54,538 nt of DNA from Candidatus Kutchimonas denitrificans (GTDB lineage: Bacteria > Gemmatimonadota > Gemmatimonadetes > Palauibacterales > KS3-K002). The translations under genes were made by a program, and so were the position numbers. The notes beneath the pieces were generated by a model, which saw nothing but the letters and a program-made list of their open reading frames with translations, ran no database searches and was not told the origin of the DNA. How positions within the stretch are numbered: the first letter of the stretch is position 1; the number at the start of each line of letters is the position of its first letter. The stretch spans positions 104,263 to 158,800 of the forward strand of contig JAACAK010000083.1 in assembly GCA_011774835.1 (NCBI GenBank). The letters are read 5' to 3'. Positions 31,601-39,527 of this stretch are shown in pieces.

Positions 31601-31993
31601 GGAGGGGAGCGCGAAGAGCTCGCCGAGCGCCCGGCCGCTGGTCACGAGGATCCGGGAGCGGCCGGCGAGTGTGGTCTGGAGCGCTTCGACCCGACGGGCG
31701 GAGATCTCGACGTGCGGGTCGTCCAGCTCGGGATGAACGGCTTCGCGCTGGGGGAAAACGACGGAGCGGCCGGGCAGCAGCGCCTCGAGGTCCGCCTCGA
31801 CCTCTTCGGTGACCCGTGCGGACGGCGCGATGAGCAGCAGCTGGTGCACGGCGCCCGATTCGACGAGGGCGGCGGCGAGGGCCACCGGCGCCGATCCGGC
31901 GAGGCCCGACAGGGCCTGCTCGGCGCCCGGCCGGGGCAAGGCATCGGCCAGTCGTTCGTAACCGGGTGTGCTGCGGAGGCTATCTATGATCAC
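28682..31993 (-). CDS. mfd: Transcription-repair coupling factor
   Basis: GEYSVRGGIVDI, VHLDHGIG, GDVGFGKTE, DEEQQFG, TATPIPRT, QLRGRVGR, TRCF C-domain; GTG start 31993. Confidence 0.97.
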   Translation of the reverse strand: MIIDSLRSTPGYERLADALPRPGAEQALSGLAGSAPVALAAALVESGAVHQLLLIAPSARVTEEVEADLEALLPGRSVVFPQREAVHPELDDPHVEISARRVEALQTTLAGRSRILVTSGRALGELFALPSSWTDLEIRLATGQPADHAGLIESLEDAGYRRVPMVEAVGEYSVRGGIVDIYPVTTLDPVRIEFWGDEIESIRSFDVLDQRSIAELQDLRLLPVRFPRDERGDAAGPADDVSLGSLLDVLPESMLVVHLDLEDEAAERERSWTELARRSETPQRYQRPPSDVRAALERFARLRIVADAAAADIDFGIRAAPEIDRRIDRLIDAIREALAEDARVLILCDNEGQLERLEEILTDAAGAATTRKITLGLAPPAAGFVVPDATPPLWLFTDHEIFRRARRPRRQPRTVGRATLETLSALTPGDFAVHLDHGIGRYRGLERVSVGGEELETLVLEYAGGDILRVPHYRADLVERWMAETGDDRDRPAPRLHRLGGKSWSKLKKRTEQAIQTMAAELLELYARRRVSEAHAFAPDTRWQREMQAAFIYDETPDQERVAQQVKLGMEGPRPMDRLICGDVGFGKTEIAIRAAFKAVQDGKQVAVLAPTTVLVEQHLATFRARLADYPVVIESLSRFRTRKQQEAIIERLAEGSVDIVIGTHRLVSPDVPFKDLGLLVIDEEQQFGVAQKEHLKALRQSVDVITMTATPIPRTLHLSLSGLRDLAVIRTPPSNRQPIITHMITWEDDTIADAIRLEVDRGGQVFFVHNRVESIQEVAARVRRLVPDLRVEIAHGQMPERQLEKTMTDFVRGDIHVLVATAIIENGLDLPNANTMIIHRADYFGLAQLYQLRGRVGRSHHRAFCYLVVPHNLPLETERRLQLLEQHTELGAGYRLALKDLELRGAGNLLGAEQSGFAQAVGFDAYLHLLEDTVAALRAGQNGAEPRPSVPEVSVSGASYIPDDFIPDPAQKLDLYRRLSKVADLEDLEQLSAELRDRFGPLPAEVERLIAASRIRILGGRLGVERVLATAETARINFRRGSMPKLTSLREAMAGREVEVEVRRLQPLSLLFRQPGARDVTPIVVEALERILEEQRELVRTG

Positions 31994-33992
31994 CGGTACT
32001 TCTGTTGCTCTCTGCTGTATCGATCCTGGCCTCGGCGGCCCTCGATCTGGGGGACCCGCGCCGACCGGCCGCCGCCAGGCCGGCTTCGACAATAGAAGCG
32101 AGCGCTAGGATCGCTACAAGGGGTAGCCAGGCCCGCCGGCCGCGGCGGGCGCGGAAAATCGCTTCGCGCCACCCTTCCGCTTCGTTCCGCCGGGTCCAGT
32201 GCCAGGCCGCATCGGGCAGGATCGACTCCAGTCTCGCTTCGTCCCCGCGGGCCAGGTCGGCTTCGCCGAGGGGCGCGTTGACCGAGAACGCCGCTGCGAC
32301 ACCCGATCCATCCCGCACCACGTAATTGCCCGCCCGGGACGTCTCGAGCCAGGCGCCGCCCTCAACGGGAACCGTCGACCCGTCCGGCCGACGCACCTCG
32401 CGGGCCCGGCTGGGCAGCGGGACCGGCGCCGCGGCGTCGTATCCGGTACGGGCCCTGGCGCCGCGCCGGGCCCAATCGCCCAGGGCGACATCGAGGAAAG
32501 GCACCATTCCGGCGCTGACCGGCAGGTCCGAAGCCTCGGGCGTCATGGGCGATGCGAGGAGAACGTACGCCGCGCTGGCCGTCGTGGTTCCCCGGATGGC
32601 CCATGGTTCACCATCCGCCAGGCGGAGCAGCGCGCTGTCGGCCGGGGCCACCCCCCGGGAGACCAGGCGGTAGGCCCGGCGCACCTCCAGCCCCTCCAGC
32701 TCGGGCAGTTCGTCCGAGCCCGCGAGCCGGGAGGCCCCCGCCCCGGACCGGGCGGCCGCTTCGTAGCGCCAGGGGACTCGTGCCGAGGCGAGCCGCGAGT
32801 TGAGGAGCGGCAGTTCGAGGGGATCGGCCGGCGGAACCACCACCACCGTGCGGGCGCTCGCGAGCGCGTCTTCGATCCGCGCGCCGCTCCCGGCGATCCA
32901 GACCTCCGCGGCGCCGGCCGGCGCCGGCCGGATCCGGTCGCCGGCCGCCAGGACGTCGACGGCCCCCTCGACGAAGGCGCCCGCGTCGCCGACCAGCGCC
33001 ACCCGGGGAGCCGGACGTGCGAGCCAGGTGAAGTAGCGGCGGTCGTCGACGCTCAGCCCCTCGCTCTCGATCTCGACGTAACCCTGCACCCAGCCGCTGT
33101 CCTGGGGCGGCAGTCGCATTAGCGCTGAGATGCCGAACTCCGCCTCGGCCACAGCGATCACGTCGTCGCCGCGGGTCAGGCGAACGATCGTGGGCTCGGC
33201 AGGCGGCTCGCCGTCGAACCAGACGAGTGGGACCGAGATCGTGATGTGGCGGCCGGCGGTGAGCGGTGAGATTTCGGGGCTGGGGCTGGCGGGCGCGCCG
33301 TTGGCGAGCGGTGGCAGATCGGGGGCGAAGACGACGCCGGCCACGTCCGAAACCACGGCCCCGGCCTCGATCGAGTCGGCCAGCGCACCGGGCAGCGAGT
33401 TGGCCTGGAGATCGGTGAGGACGTGGATCTCCAGGGCGCGGCCATCCCCGGCGGCTTCGAGCCAGGCGGCGGCGCTGCGAATCGCCGCTCCGAGGTCCGC
33501 CGCGCCGGCCGTGGGGTGCAGGCCCTCGAGGAATCCACGGCCGGCGGCGGACCCGGCCACGGCCGCACGGTCGGGTCGAACCGCGCTGAACAGCGCCACG
33601 CGATCGTCCGGTCCGATCAGGTCGAGGGCGATGGCCGCCCGCTCCGCGAACACGTCGATCAGGCGCTGCTCGCCGATGACCCGTGCCGCGCTCTGCGAAT
33701 CGTCGATGACGATGGCCAGAGCGGTGGGTGCGTGGTCGGAGGGTCCGCCGCGCCCGAAGGTCGGGCCCATGGCGGCCAGGGTGAGGAGGGTGATGATCAG
33801 TACGCGAAGTGCTAGGAGCGCCAGGTGGCGAAGCCGCAGGCGACGCGCGTGCCGCCGTTCCGCTCGACGGAGGTACCGAATCGCCGGGAAGAACAGACGG
33901 CGCACATCGCGTCGGCGGATGAGGTGGAGGACCACAGGCACGGCCGCGGCGAGGATGGCGAGCCCGAACAGCGGATAGAGGAAGCCGATCAT
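31980..33992 (-). CDS. BatA-domain / vWA membrane protein
   Basis: FLYP...AVPVVLHLIRRR...FPAIRYL (BatA N-terminus), VIDDSQS, VLTDLQ; ATG at 33992. Confidence 0.85.
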   Translation of the reverse strand: MIGFLYPLFGLAILAAAVPVVLHLIRRRDVRRLFFPAIRYLRRAERRHARRLRLRHLALLALRVLIITLLTLAAMGPTFGRGGPSDHAPTALAIVIDDSQSAARVIGEQRLIDVFAERAAIALDLIGPDDRVALFSAVRPDRAAVAGSAAGRGFLEGLHPTAGAADLGAAIRSAAAWLEAAGDGRALEIHVLTDLQANSLPGALADSIEAGAVVSDVAGVVFAPDLPPLANGAPASPSPEISPLTAGRHITISVPLVWFDGEPPAEPTIVRLTRGDDVIAVAEAEFGISALMRLPPQDSGWVQGYVEIESEGLSVDDRRYFTWLARPAPRVALVGDAGAFVEGAVDVLAAGDRIRPAPAGAAEVWIAGSGARIEDALASARTVVVVPPADPLELPLLNSRLASARVPWRYEAAARSGAGASRLAGSDELPELEGLEVRRAYRLVSRGVAPADSALLRLADGEPWAIRGTTTASAAYVLLASPMTPEASDLPVSAGMVPFLDVALGDWARRGARARTGYDAAAPVPLPSRAREVRRPDGSTVPVEGGAWLETSRAGNYVVRDGSGVAAAFSVNAPLGEADLARGDEARLESILPDAAWHWTRRNEAEGWREAIFRARRGRRAWLPLVAILALASIVEAGLAAAGRRGSPRSRAAEARIDTAESNRSTGDHR

Positions 33993-34909
33993 CCCAGACG
34001 CGCCCGGGCGTGCAGGTATTCGCCGAGACAGAGGCCCAGGGGCTGGTCGGTCGTGATCGGATGATAGTCCATCCCCCGCGCGCCGCAGGCCCGGCGCCAC
34101 TTGTCGATGGCGGACGCCACCGCCTCGCGGTAATCGGTCCGCAGCTCCGCTGAGCTGGCCGGCAACTCGTCTCCTGTCTCCGGATCGACGAAGAGCGCGT
34201 CACCCACGCCGGGCAACTCGAGCTCGCCGGGATCGAACAGGTGGAAGACCAGTACCTCGTGCCCCTGGTGCGCGAGCTTGCGTAGTGCGCGCCGCGTGGC
34301 GCGCTCCTCCACCAGCAGGTCAGAGACCAGGATCACCATCCCGCGCCGCCGCTTGCGGGCCGCCAGGTCCTCGAGCGCGACAGCCGCGGCGCTCAGATGA
34401 CCTGGCGGCTGCTCGACCAGCAGCCGGACCAGCTCGGACCAGCCGGCCACGGTCCCTCGGGGCGGCAGGCTGCTGGCCACGCGCTCCGCGAAACAGATCA
34501 GCCCCGCCAGGTCGCCCTGGCGGATCAGCAGCAGACCGAGGCTGGCGGCGACACGTCGAGCGTATTCCAGCTTGGTCAGGAGACCGGGCCGGCTGCGCCA
34601 GTCCATCGATGCGCTGACGTCGACGCAGATGTGGGCGGCGAGGTTCGTCTCCTCCTCGTACTGTTTCAGGTAGAAGCGATCGGAGCGACCGTACATCTTC
34701 CAGTCGACGAAGCGGAGGTCGTCGCCGGGTCGGTAGGCCCGGTGCTCGGCGAATTCGACGGAGAATCCCCGGGCGGGCGAGGCATGGAGACCCGAGATGA
34801 AGCCGCGCACGACGGCCCGGGCGATGATCTCGAGGCCGCCGAGGGCATCGAGCTCGCTGGGGTCGAGAAGGTCGGGCCTATCCTGGCCGCGGTCGGCGTC
34901 TAGCGGCAT
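33989..34909 (-). CDS. DUF58 (MoxR-associated vWA) protein
   Basis: GLHASP..GFSVEFAEHRAYRPGDDLRFVDWK, KQYEEE, DVSASM, LVSDL. Confidence 0.93.
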   Translation of the reverse strand: MPLDADRGQDRPDLLDPSELDALGGLEIIARAVVRGFISGLHASPARGFSVEFAEHRAYRPGDDLRFVDWKMYGRSDRFYLKQYEEETNLAAHICVDVSASMDWRSRPGLLTKLEYARRVAASLGLLLIRQGDLAGLICFAERVASSLPPRGTVAGWSELVRLLVEQPPGHLSAAAVALEDLAARKRRRGMVILVSDLLVEERATRRALRKLAHQGHEVLVFHLFDPGELELPGVGDALFVDPETGDELPASSAELRTDYREAVASAIDKWRRACGARGMDYHPITTDQPLGLCLGEYLHARARLG

Positions 34910-35114
34910 GGCCTCACTCGCTGCAGCTCTCTCCAGATTTCAGTCGCGCCTAGTGTCGAAAATCGAAACATAACGGCGGCACCGGTCCGCTGGCTAACGC
35001 GGGCCGGGCCGACGTTGCACCGGGAGGGGCGGCGCCTGTATGATCGAGACGTCGAAAGTCAAACTGAGCTCGCGCGCCGCCGGCGGGGCCGCGTTCCTGA
35101 AAAGAGAGTCATAC

Positions 35115-36587
35115 ATGCTGGAAGCGCGAAGCTGCATCGTCGTGGCGGTGGCCGCGACGGCCCTGGCCTCGGGGTGCCGATCGGCGCCGGGTTACACGGA
35201 CCGGGACGTGGACATCACCGAGGCCGACATGCGGGCCCGGATCGGCTTCCTGGCCGCTGATCAGCTGGAAGGCCGGGGCACCCCGAGCACCGGCCTCGAG
35301 CTGGCCGCCAGCTACATCCGGTCGGAGTTCGCACGCATGGGGCTGCAGGCGCCGCCCGGCGGCTACGTGCAGCGCTATCGGCTGGCGATGACCGAGATGG
35401 GTGCCGACTGGTCGCTGGCATTGAGCCGCGGGAACCGACGGGCGCTGCTGGCGCTGGGGACCGATTACTGGGGGCTCCCCTGGGCGGCCGGAACGGTGGA
35501 AGGCGATCTCCGCTTCGTCGACGCAGTCGGACGTCCGGGGATGCGGGAGACGGGGGAGCCCACGATCTGGGTGGCGCGGCTGAGCGCCGCCGTGCTCCCC
35601 CGGGAGTGGCTGGCCGAAGCAGCGGATGCCGGAGCCGCGGGCCTCCTGCTCGTGCTGACGGCGGAGACCGAGGCCCTGATGAGCCACTGGCTCGAGGTAG
35701 GGGAGACGCTGTACGAGCTGGGCGATGTCGAGCCGAGCCTGCCTGCCGCGCTGGTGACCGAGAGCGCGCTGGCAGCGGCCCTCGAGCGATTGGGCCTGGA
35801 GGCGACGACGACGGCGGGAGCGCCGGCCGGATCCGGCGTCCGGGCCCGACTCGCCGCCGATTTGCGGGCCGAGACGCTGGCGGCGCCGAACGTGATGGGG
35901 ATCGTCCGGGGCAGCGATCCGGAGCTGGCCGAGGAGTTCGTGCTGCTGAGCGCTCACATGGACGGTCTGGGCGTGGGACCGCCGGTGGACGGCGATTCGA
36001 TATACAACGGGGCCGACGACAACGCGTCGGGCACATCGGCGCTGCTGGAGGTCGCCGAAGCGGTCGCCGCGCTCGAGCGCCGCCCGAAGCGCTCGATCTT
36101 CTTCCTGGCGGTGAGCGGCGAGGAACGCGGACTGCTGGGCTCGTCGTGGTTCGTGGAGCATCCGCCGATCCGTCTCGACCGGGTGATCGCCAACATCAAC
36201 ATCGACATGGTGGGTCGTAACTGGGAGGACACGATCGCGGTGATCGGCAAGCCGTATTCGACCCTGGGCGCCATCGTGGACAGCGTGGCGGCGGCGCACC
36301 CCGAACTGTCGATGACACCGGTGGGTGACCGGTGGCCGCAGGAGAACTTCTTCTTCCGATCCGATCACTTCAACTTCGCGCGCGAGGGCATCCCCGCCGT
36401 CTTCTTCTTCAACGGCGTGCACGAGGACTACCACATGCCGTCGGACGAAGCCGACAAGATCAAGAACGGCAAGGCGGCGCGGGTGTCACGGCTCATCTTC
36501 GAGGTCGCGGTCGCGCTGGCGAACGCCGAGCAGCCGCCCGGTTGGGACGACGCGGCCCGGGCGCGAATCGTCGAGGACGGCCGTTGA
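35115..36587 (+). CDS. M28 family peptidase, lipoprotein
   Basis: Lipobox ASGC; SAHMD, NGADDNASG, GEERGLLGS, NIDMVGR, RSDH, YH. Confidence 0.9.
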   Translation: MLEARSCIVVAVAATALASGCRSAPGYTDRDVDITEADMRARIGFLAADQLEGRGTPSTGLELAASYIRSEFARMGLQAPPGGYVQRYRLAMTEMGADWSLALSRGNRRALLALGTDYWGLPWAAGTVEGDLRFVDAVGRPGMRETGEPTIWVARLSAAVLPREWLAEAADAGAAGLLLVLTAETEALMSHWLEVGETLYELGDVEPSLPAALVTESALAAALERLGLEATTTAGAPAGSGVRARLAADLRAETLAAPNVMGIVRGSDPELAEEFVLLSAHMDGLGVGPPVDGDSIYNGADDNASGTSALLEVAEAVAALERRPKRSIFFLAVSGEERGLLGSSWFVEHPPIRLDRVIANINIDMVGRNWEDTIAVIGKPYSTLGAIVDSVAAAHPELSMTPVGDRWPQENFFFRSDHFNFAREGIPAVFFFNGVHEDYHMPSDEADKIKNGKAARVSRLIFEVAVALANAEQPPGWDDAARARIVEDGR

Positions 36588-37474
36588 TCCGGTTCGGGAC
36601 GGCCGGCTGGAGCTACGACGACTGGCAGGGGGTCGTATACCCGAGGTCGCGTCCCCGCGGCTTCGATCCGCTGGCGTATCTGGCACGCTACTTCAACACT
36701 GTCGAGGTCAACTCCACCTTCTACCGGCCGCCGCGACCCGAGGTCCCGGCGCGCTGGGTGAAGCGGGTGGCCGACAACGACGATTTCAAGTTCACGGCCA
36801 AGCTGTGGCAGCGCTTCACGCACCAGCGCGACGAGGCCTGGACCCGTGACGAAGCGGAGGCTGTCCGCGCCGGCCTCGACCCCCTGGCCGAACGCGATCG
36901 GCTGGGCGCGGTGTTGGTGCAGTTCCCCTGGTCCTTCAAGGCGCGTGACGACTCCTTCGAGTGGCTGGACGATGTGACCTCCGAGTTCTCCGGCTACCCG
37001 CTCGTCGTCGAGGTTCGGCACTCGTCCTGGAACACGCCCGAGTTCCACCGCTGGCTGAACGAGCGCGGGATCGGTTTCGTCAACATCGATCAGCCGCAGT
37101 TCAATCGGTCGATCGGTCCCACGGCCGAAACGAGCGGCCGGGTCGGCTACGTGCGGCTGCACGGGCGCAACTACGAGGACTGGTTTCGCGAAGACGCCGG
37201 GCGCGAGGCCCGCTACGACTATCTCTATTCCAGCGACGAGCTGGAGCTGTGGGTGGAACGGATCAAGGAACTCGGGAAAGACGGATCGGTGGAGGATGTC
37301 TACGTGGTCACCAATAACCACTACCGGGGCCAGGCGGCGGCGAACGCGATCATGCTGAGCGCGATGTTGCGTGGCGGGGCGCAGCCGGCGCCGGCGCCGC
37401 TAGTGGAGGCTTATTCCGAGGCGCTGCGGCCGTTTGTCGTGCCGGAAGAAGGGCCGCAGCGCCGCCTGCTTTAG
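36584..37474 (+). CDS. DUF72 domain protein
   Basis: TTG start overlapping the upstream TGA; FGTAGWSY, VEVNSTFY, QFPWSF, YVRLHGRN, RYDYLYS, NNH. Confidence 0.92.
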   Translation: MIRFGTAGWSYDDWQGVVYPRSRPRGFDPLAYLARYFNTVEVNSTFYRPPRPEVPARWVKRVADNDDFKFTAKLWQRFTHQRDEAWTRDEAEAVRAGLDPLAERDRLGAVLVQFPWSFKARDDSFEWLDDVTSEFSGYPLVVEVRHSSWNTPEFHRWLNERGIGFVNIDQPQFNRSIGPTAETSGRVGYVRLHGRNYEDWFREDAGREARYDYLYSSDELELWVERIKELGKDGSVEDVYVVTNNHYRGQAAANAIMLSAMLRGGAQPAPAPLVEAYSEALRPFVVPEEGPQRRLL

Positions 37475-38130
37475 GGTGGGAATGGTTGAATCTTGAATTA
37501 TGATTTCGGGATTCTGAGGTCGGGATTCTGATTTGGGGAAGTTCGAGTTCTCTCCGAATTGTGGAAGCGGATTCGGGGATTCGGGGATTCGGGGGTTCGG
37601 GGAGATAGGCAAGTGGCGGCTACTTCTTGGTGGGCTTCTGGTCGTTCTTGCGGGCGGTGGCGATGCTGACGACGAAGATGGCGGTCAGTTCGTCGGCTTC
37701 TTGGATCGTCTGGTCGAGTTTCTCTCTCGGTCCCATGCCGAGCTCCCTCAGGTACTTGAGCCAGACCAGGGTCTCGCGGAGCTCTTTCAGGCAGATCTTG
37801 AGTTTGTGGATGAAATCCCGGCGGGACTCGCTGGTGCAGGCCTCGGCGTAATTGGGCGCCGGGGCCATTCCACAGCGCATGAGCTGACTCGAGATATGGG
37901 TTCCGACCCGGCTGGAGGGGAGACCGCCGGCGATCTTCGACGCCGCCGCCCCCAGCCGCACCAGCCGATCCTCCAGATCCCACGCCCGCTGCTTGCCCAC
38001 ACTCATCCCCCAACTGCCCGAACCCCCGAATCACCGAATCCCCGAATCAGGTTCGGCAATTCGGAGAGAACTCGAACTTCCCCAAATCAGAATCCCGACC
38101 TCTGAATCAAGATTGAACGATTTCCATCAA
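37475..38130. mobile_element. Inverted-repeat-bounded cassette carrying a four-helix-bundle gene (mobility inferred, not shown)
   Basis: Perfect 46-bp IR at 37516-37561 / 38057-38102 extended inward by GATTCGGG octamers; gene-less sister at 12322-12589. Confidence 0.6.
37620..38006 (-). CDS. Four helix bundle protein (23S rRNA IVP / TIGR02436-type, Avd-like fold)
   Basis: DLEDRL...SQLMRCG..PAPNYAEA..SESRRDFIHKLKICLKELRETLVWL...EADELTAIF. Confidence 0.92.
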   Translation of the reverse strand: MSVGKQRAWDLEDRLVRLGAAASKIAGGLPSSRVGTHISSQLMRCGMAPAPNYAEACTSESRRDFIHKLKICLKELRETLVWLKYLRELGMGPREKLDQTIQEADELTAIFVVSIATARKNDQKPTKK

Positions 38131-38142
38131 CAAACCCTCAAC

Positions 38143-38176
38143 AAAGAAAAGGGGCCCGACGAACTCGCCGGGCCCC
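38143..38176 (-). terminator. Intrinsic terminator of the upstream outer-membrane protein gene
   Basis: Minus strand GGGGCCCG-loop-CGGGCCCC followed by TTTTCTTT. Confidence 0.8.
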
Positions 38177-38200
38177 GCCTCGACGGATAACGGTTGGTCG

Positions 38201-39514
38201 TCAGTAGCCTGTCCCCGGCCAGACGCTCAGCGACAGGGCCAGCGCGACCCCGTCGCCGGCTCCGATTCCCCAGCGGCCCGCCGCGAAGTCGAGGTGCACC
38301 GGGCCGGCGTAGAGACCGAAGCCGCCGGTGACCGCCAGGCTGTTGAAGTCGGTGGCCAGGCCGGCACGCAACGGCACGACGGAGAGCAGGCGCAGCTCGG
38401 CACCGGCCGACAGCTGCCGCTCCCAACGCGCGTTCAGCGAGCCGCCCAGCAGCTCCAGATAGTCGGCCGACAGGCTGAGCATCGAGCCCATTCGCCAGGC
38501 CGCGCCGAGCCGCAGCTTCTTCGGGACGTCGGCGCCCTGCAGGTACTCGGACACGCGTTCCTGGTCGGCCAGTGTCAGCTCGCTGAACGCCAGTGTCGTG
38601 TCGGTGGACGTGGCACTGTCGAAGTCGGCGTGCGCGGTGTAGCGCTTGAGCTCGAACGCCTCTTCGTCCCACTGTATGTTGGAGAAGGCGTCGATGACCG
38701 AGATGCCCGCCACCAGCGAGCCCCACTCCATCGCCGCGCCCAGGTCGGCGGCCCACACGCTCCCGGCATTGAACTCGGTCGAGTTCAGCACCTCGGCGTC
38801 CACATCCAGGACGAGCGGATCATAGGTCAGTGCCGTGCCCTGATCCGCCGCTCGGTACAATCCGTGGGCCACGCCGTACTTCACCGTGGCCCCGATCGAG
38901 AACTTCATGTCCAGATAATCGAGGGCCGGAATCGTGAACGGCTGGGCGTATGACACGTAGACACTGCTCAGCCCCCAGCCGTCGCCGTGGGAACCGTCCA
39001 GAGTGAAGTCGCGGCCCGTGCCGTCCTCGCCCATATTCCCGAACAGGATCAGCTCCGCCGCGTCCGGTGAGACCGCCAGCGCCGTCGATCCGGTGGCACC
39101 GACGCCGAAGGCGAACCGCCAGATGCTGAACGCCATGCCCGTCGCGCCCAGGTCGGCGCTCAGCTCGAGCATCCCGTCACCGTCCACGCCACGGATCTCC
39201 GCCAGCAGCTCGGACTTGGTCGCGTCATCCAGATACTCTCCGTAGAGATCCTCGATCTGACCGTAGCTCAGCGAGTTGTTGTCCAGGTAGGCGTTGGCGC
39301 CCGCCAGCCCGATCGACCAGCCGGGCCGGTCGGACAGCCCGAGGTTGGCCGGATTCCAGAACGGCGATTCGTAGCCGCGGGCGCGGCCGACGTAGGAGTC
39401 GGCGAGGCCGGCGCTGCGGGCGCTCGGTGCCGCCATCTGCGCCCCCGCCACGCCCGGCGAGCAGGCGAGGAGCGCGAGAACGATGGTCGTGACCTTGAAG
39501 TCCGTGTTGCTCAT
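38201..39514 (-). CDS. Exported probable outer-membrane beta-barrel (FadL/TraF/DUF5723-like)
   Basis: Signal peptide; SARSAGLA...FWNPANLG; amphipathic beta strands (LPLRAG-like, GGFGLY) in the C-terminal half. Confidence 0.65.
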   Translation of the reverse strand: MSNTDFKVTTIVLALLACSPGVAGAQMAAPSARSAGLADSYVGRARGYESPFWNPANLGLSDRPGWSIGLAGANAYLDNNSLSYGQIEDLYGEYLDDATKSELLAEIRGVDGDGMLELSADLGATGMAFSIWRFAFGVGATGSTALAVSPDAAELILFGNMGEDGTGRDFTLDGSHGDGWGLSSVYVSYAQPFTIPALDYLDMKFSIGATVKYGVAHGLYRAADQGTALTYDPLVLDVDAEVLNSTEFNAGSVWAADLGAAMEWGSLVAGISVIDAFSNIQWDEEAFELKRYTAHADFDSATSTDTTLAFSELTLADQERVSEYLQGADVPKKLRLGAAWRMGSMLSLSADYLELLGGSLNARWERQLSAGAELRLLSVVPLRAGLATDFNSLAVTGGFGLYAGPVHLDFAAGRWGIGAGDGVALALSLSVWPGTGY

Positions 39515-39527
39515 CGTTGTCCTCCCG

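Noticed and set aside
37475-38130. Diversity-generating retroelement or rRNA intervening sequence
   Set aside because: No reverse transcriptase, no TR/VR pair and no rRNA sequence seen in the window
37400-38190. ORFs 37400-37612, 37498-38034, 37533-38105 and 37993-38190
   Set aside because: Shadow frames of the repeat arms and of the four-helix-bundle gene
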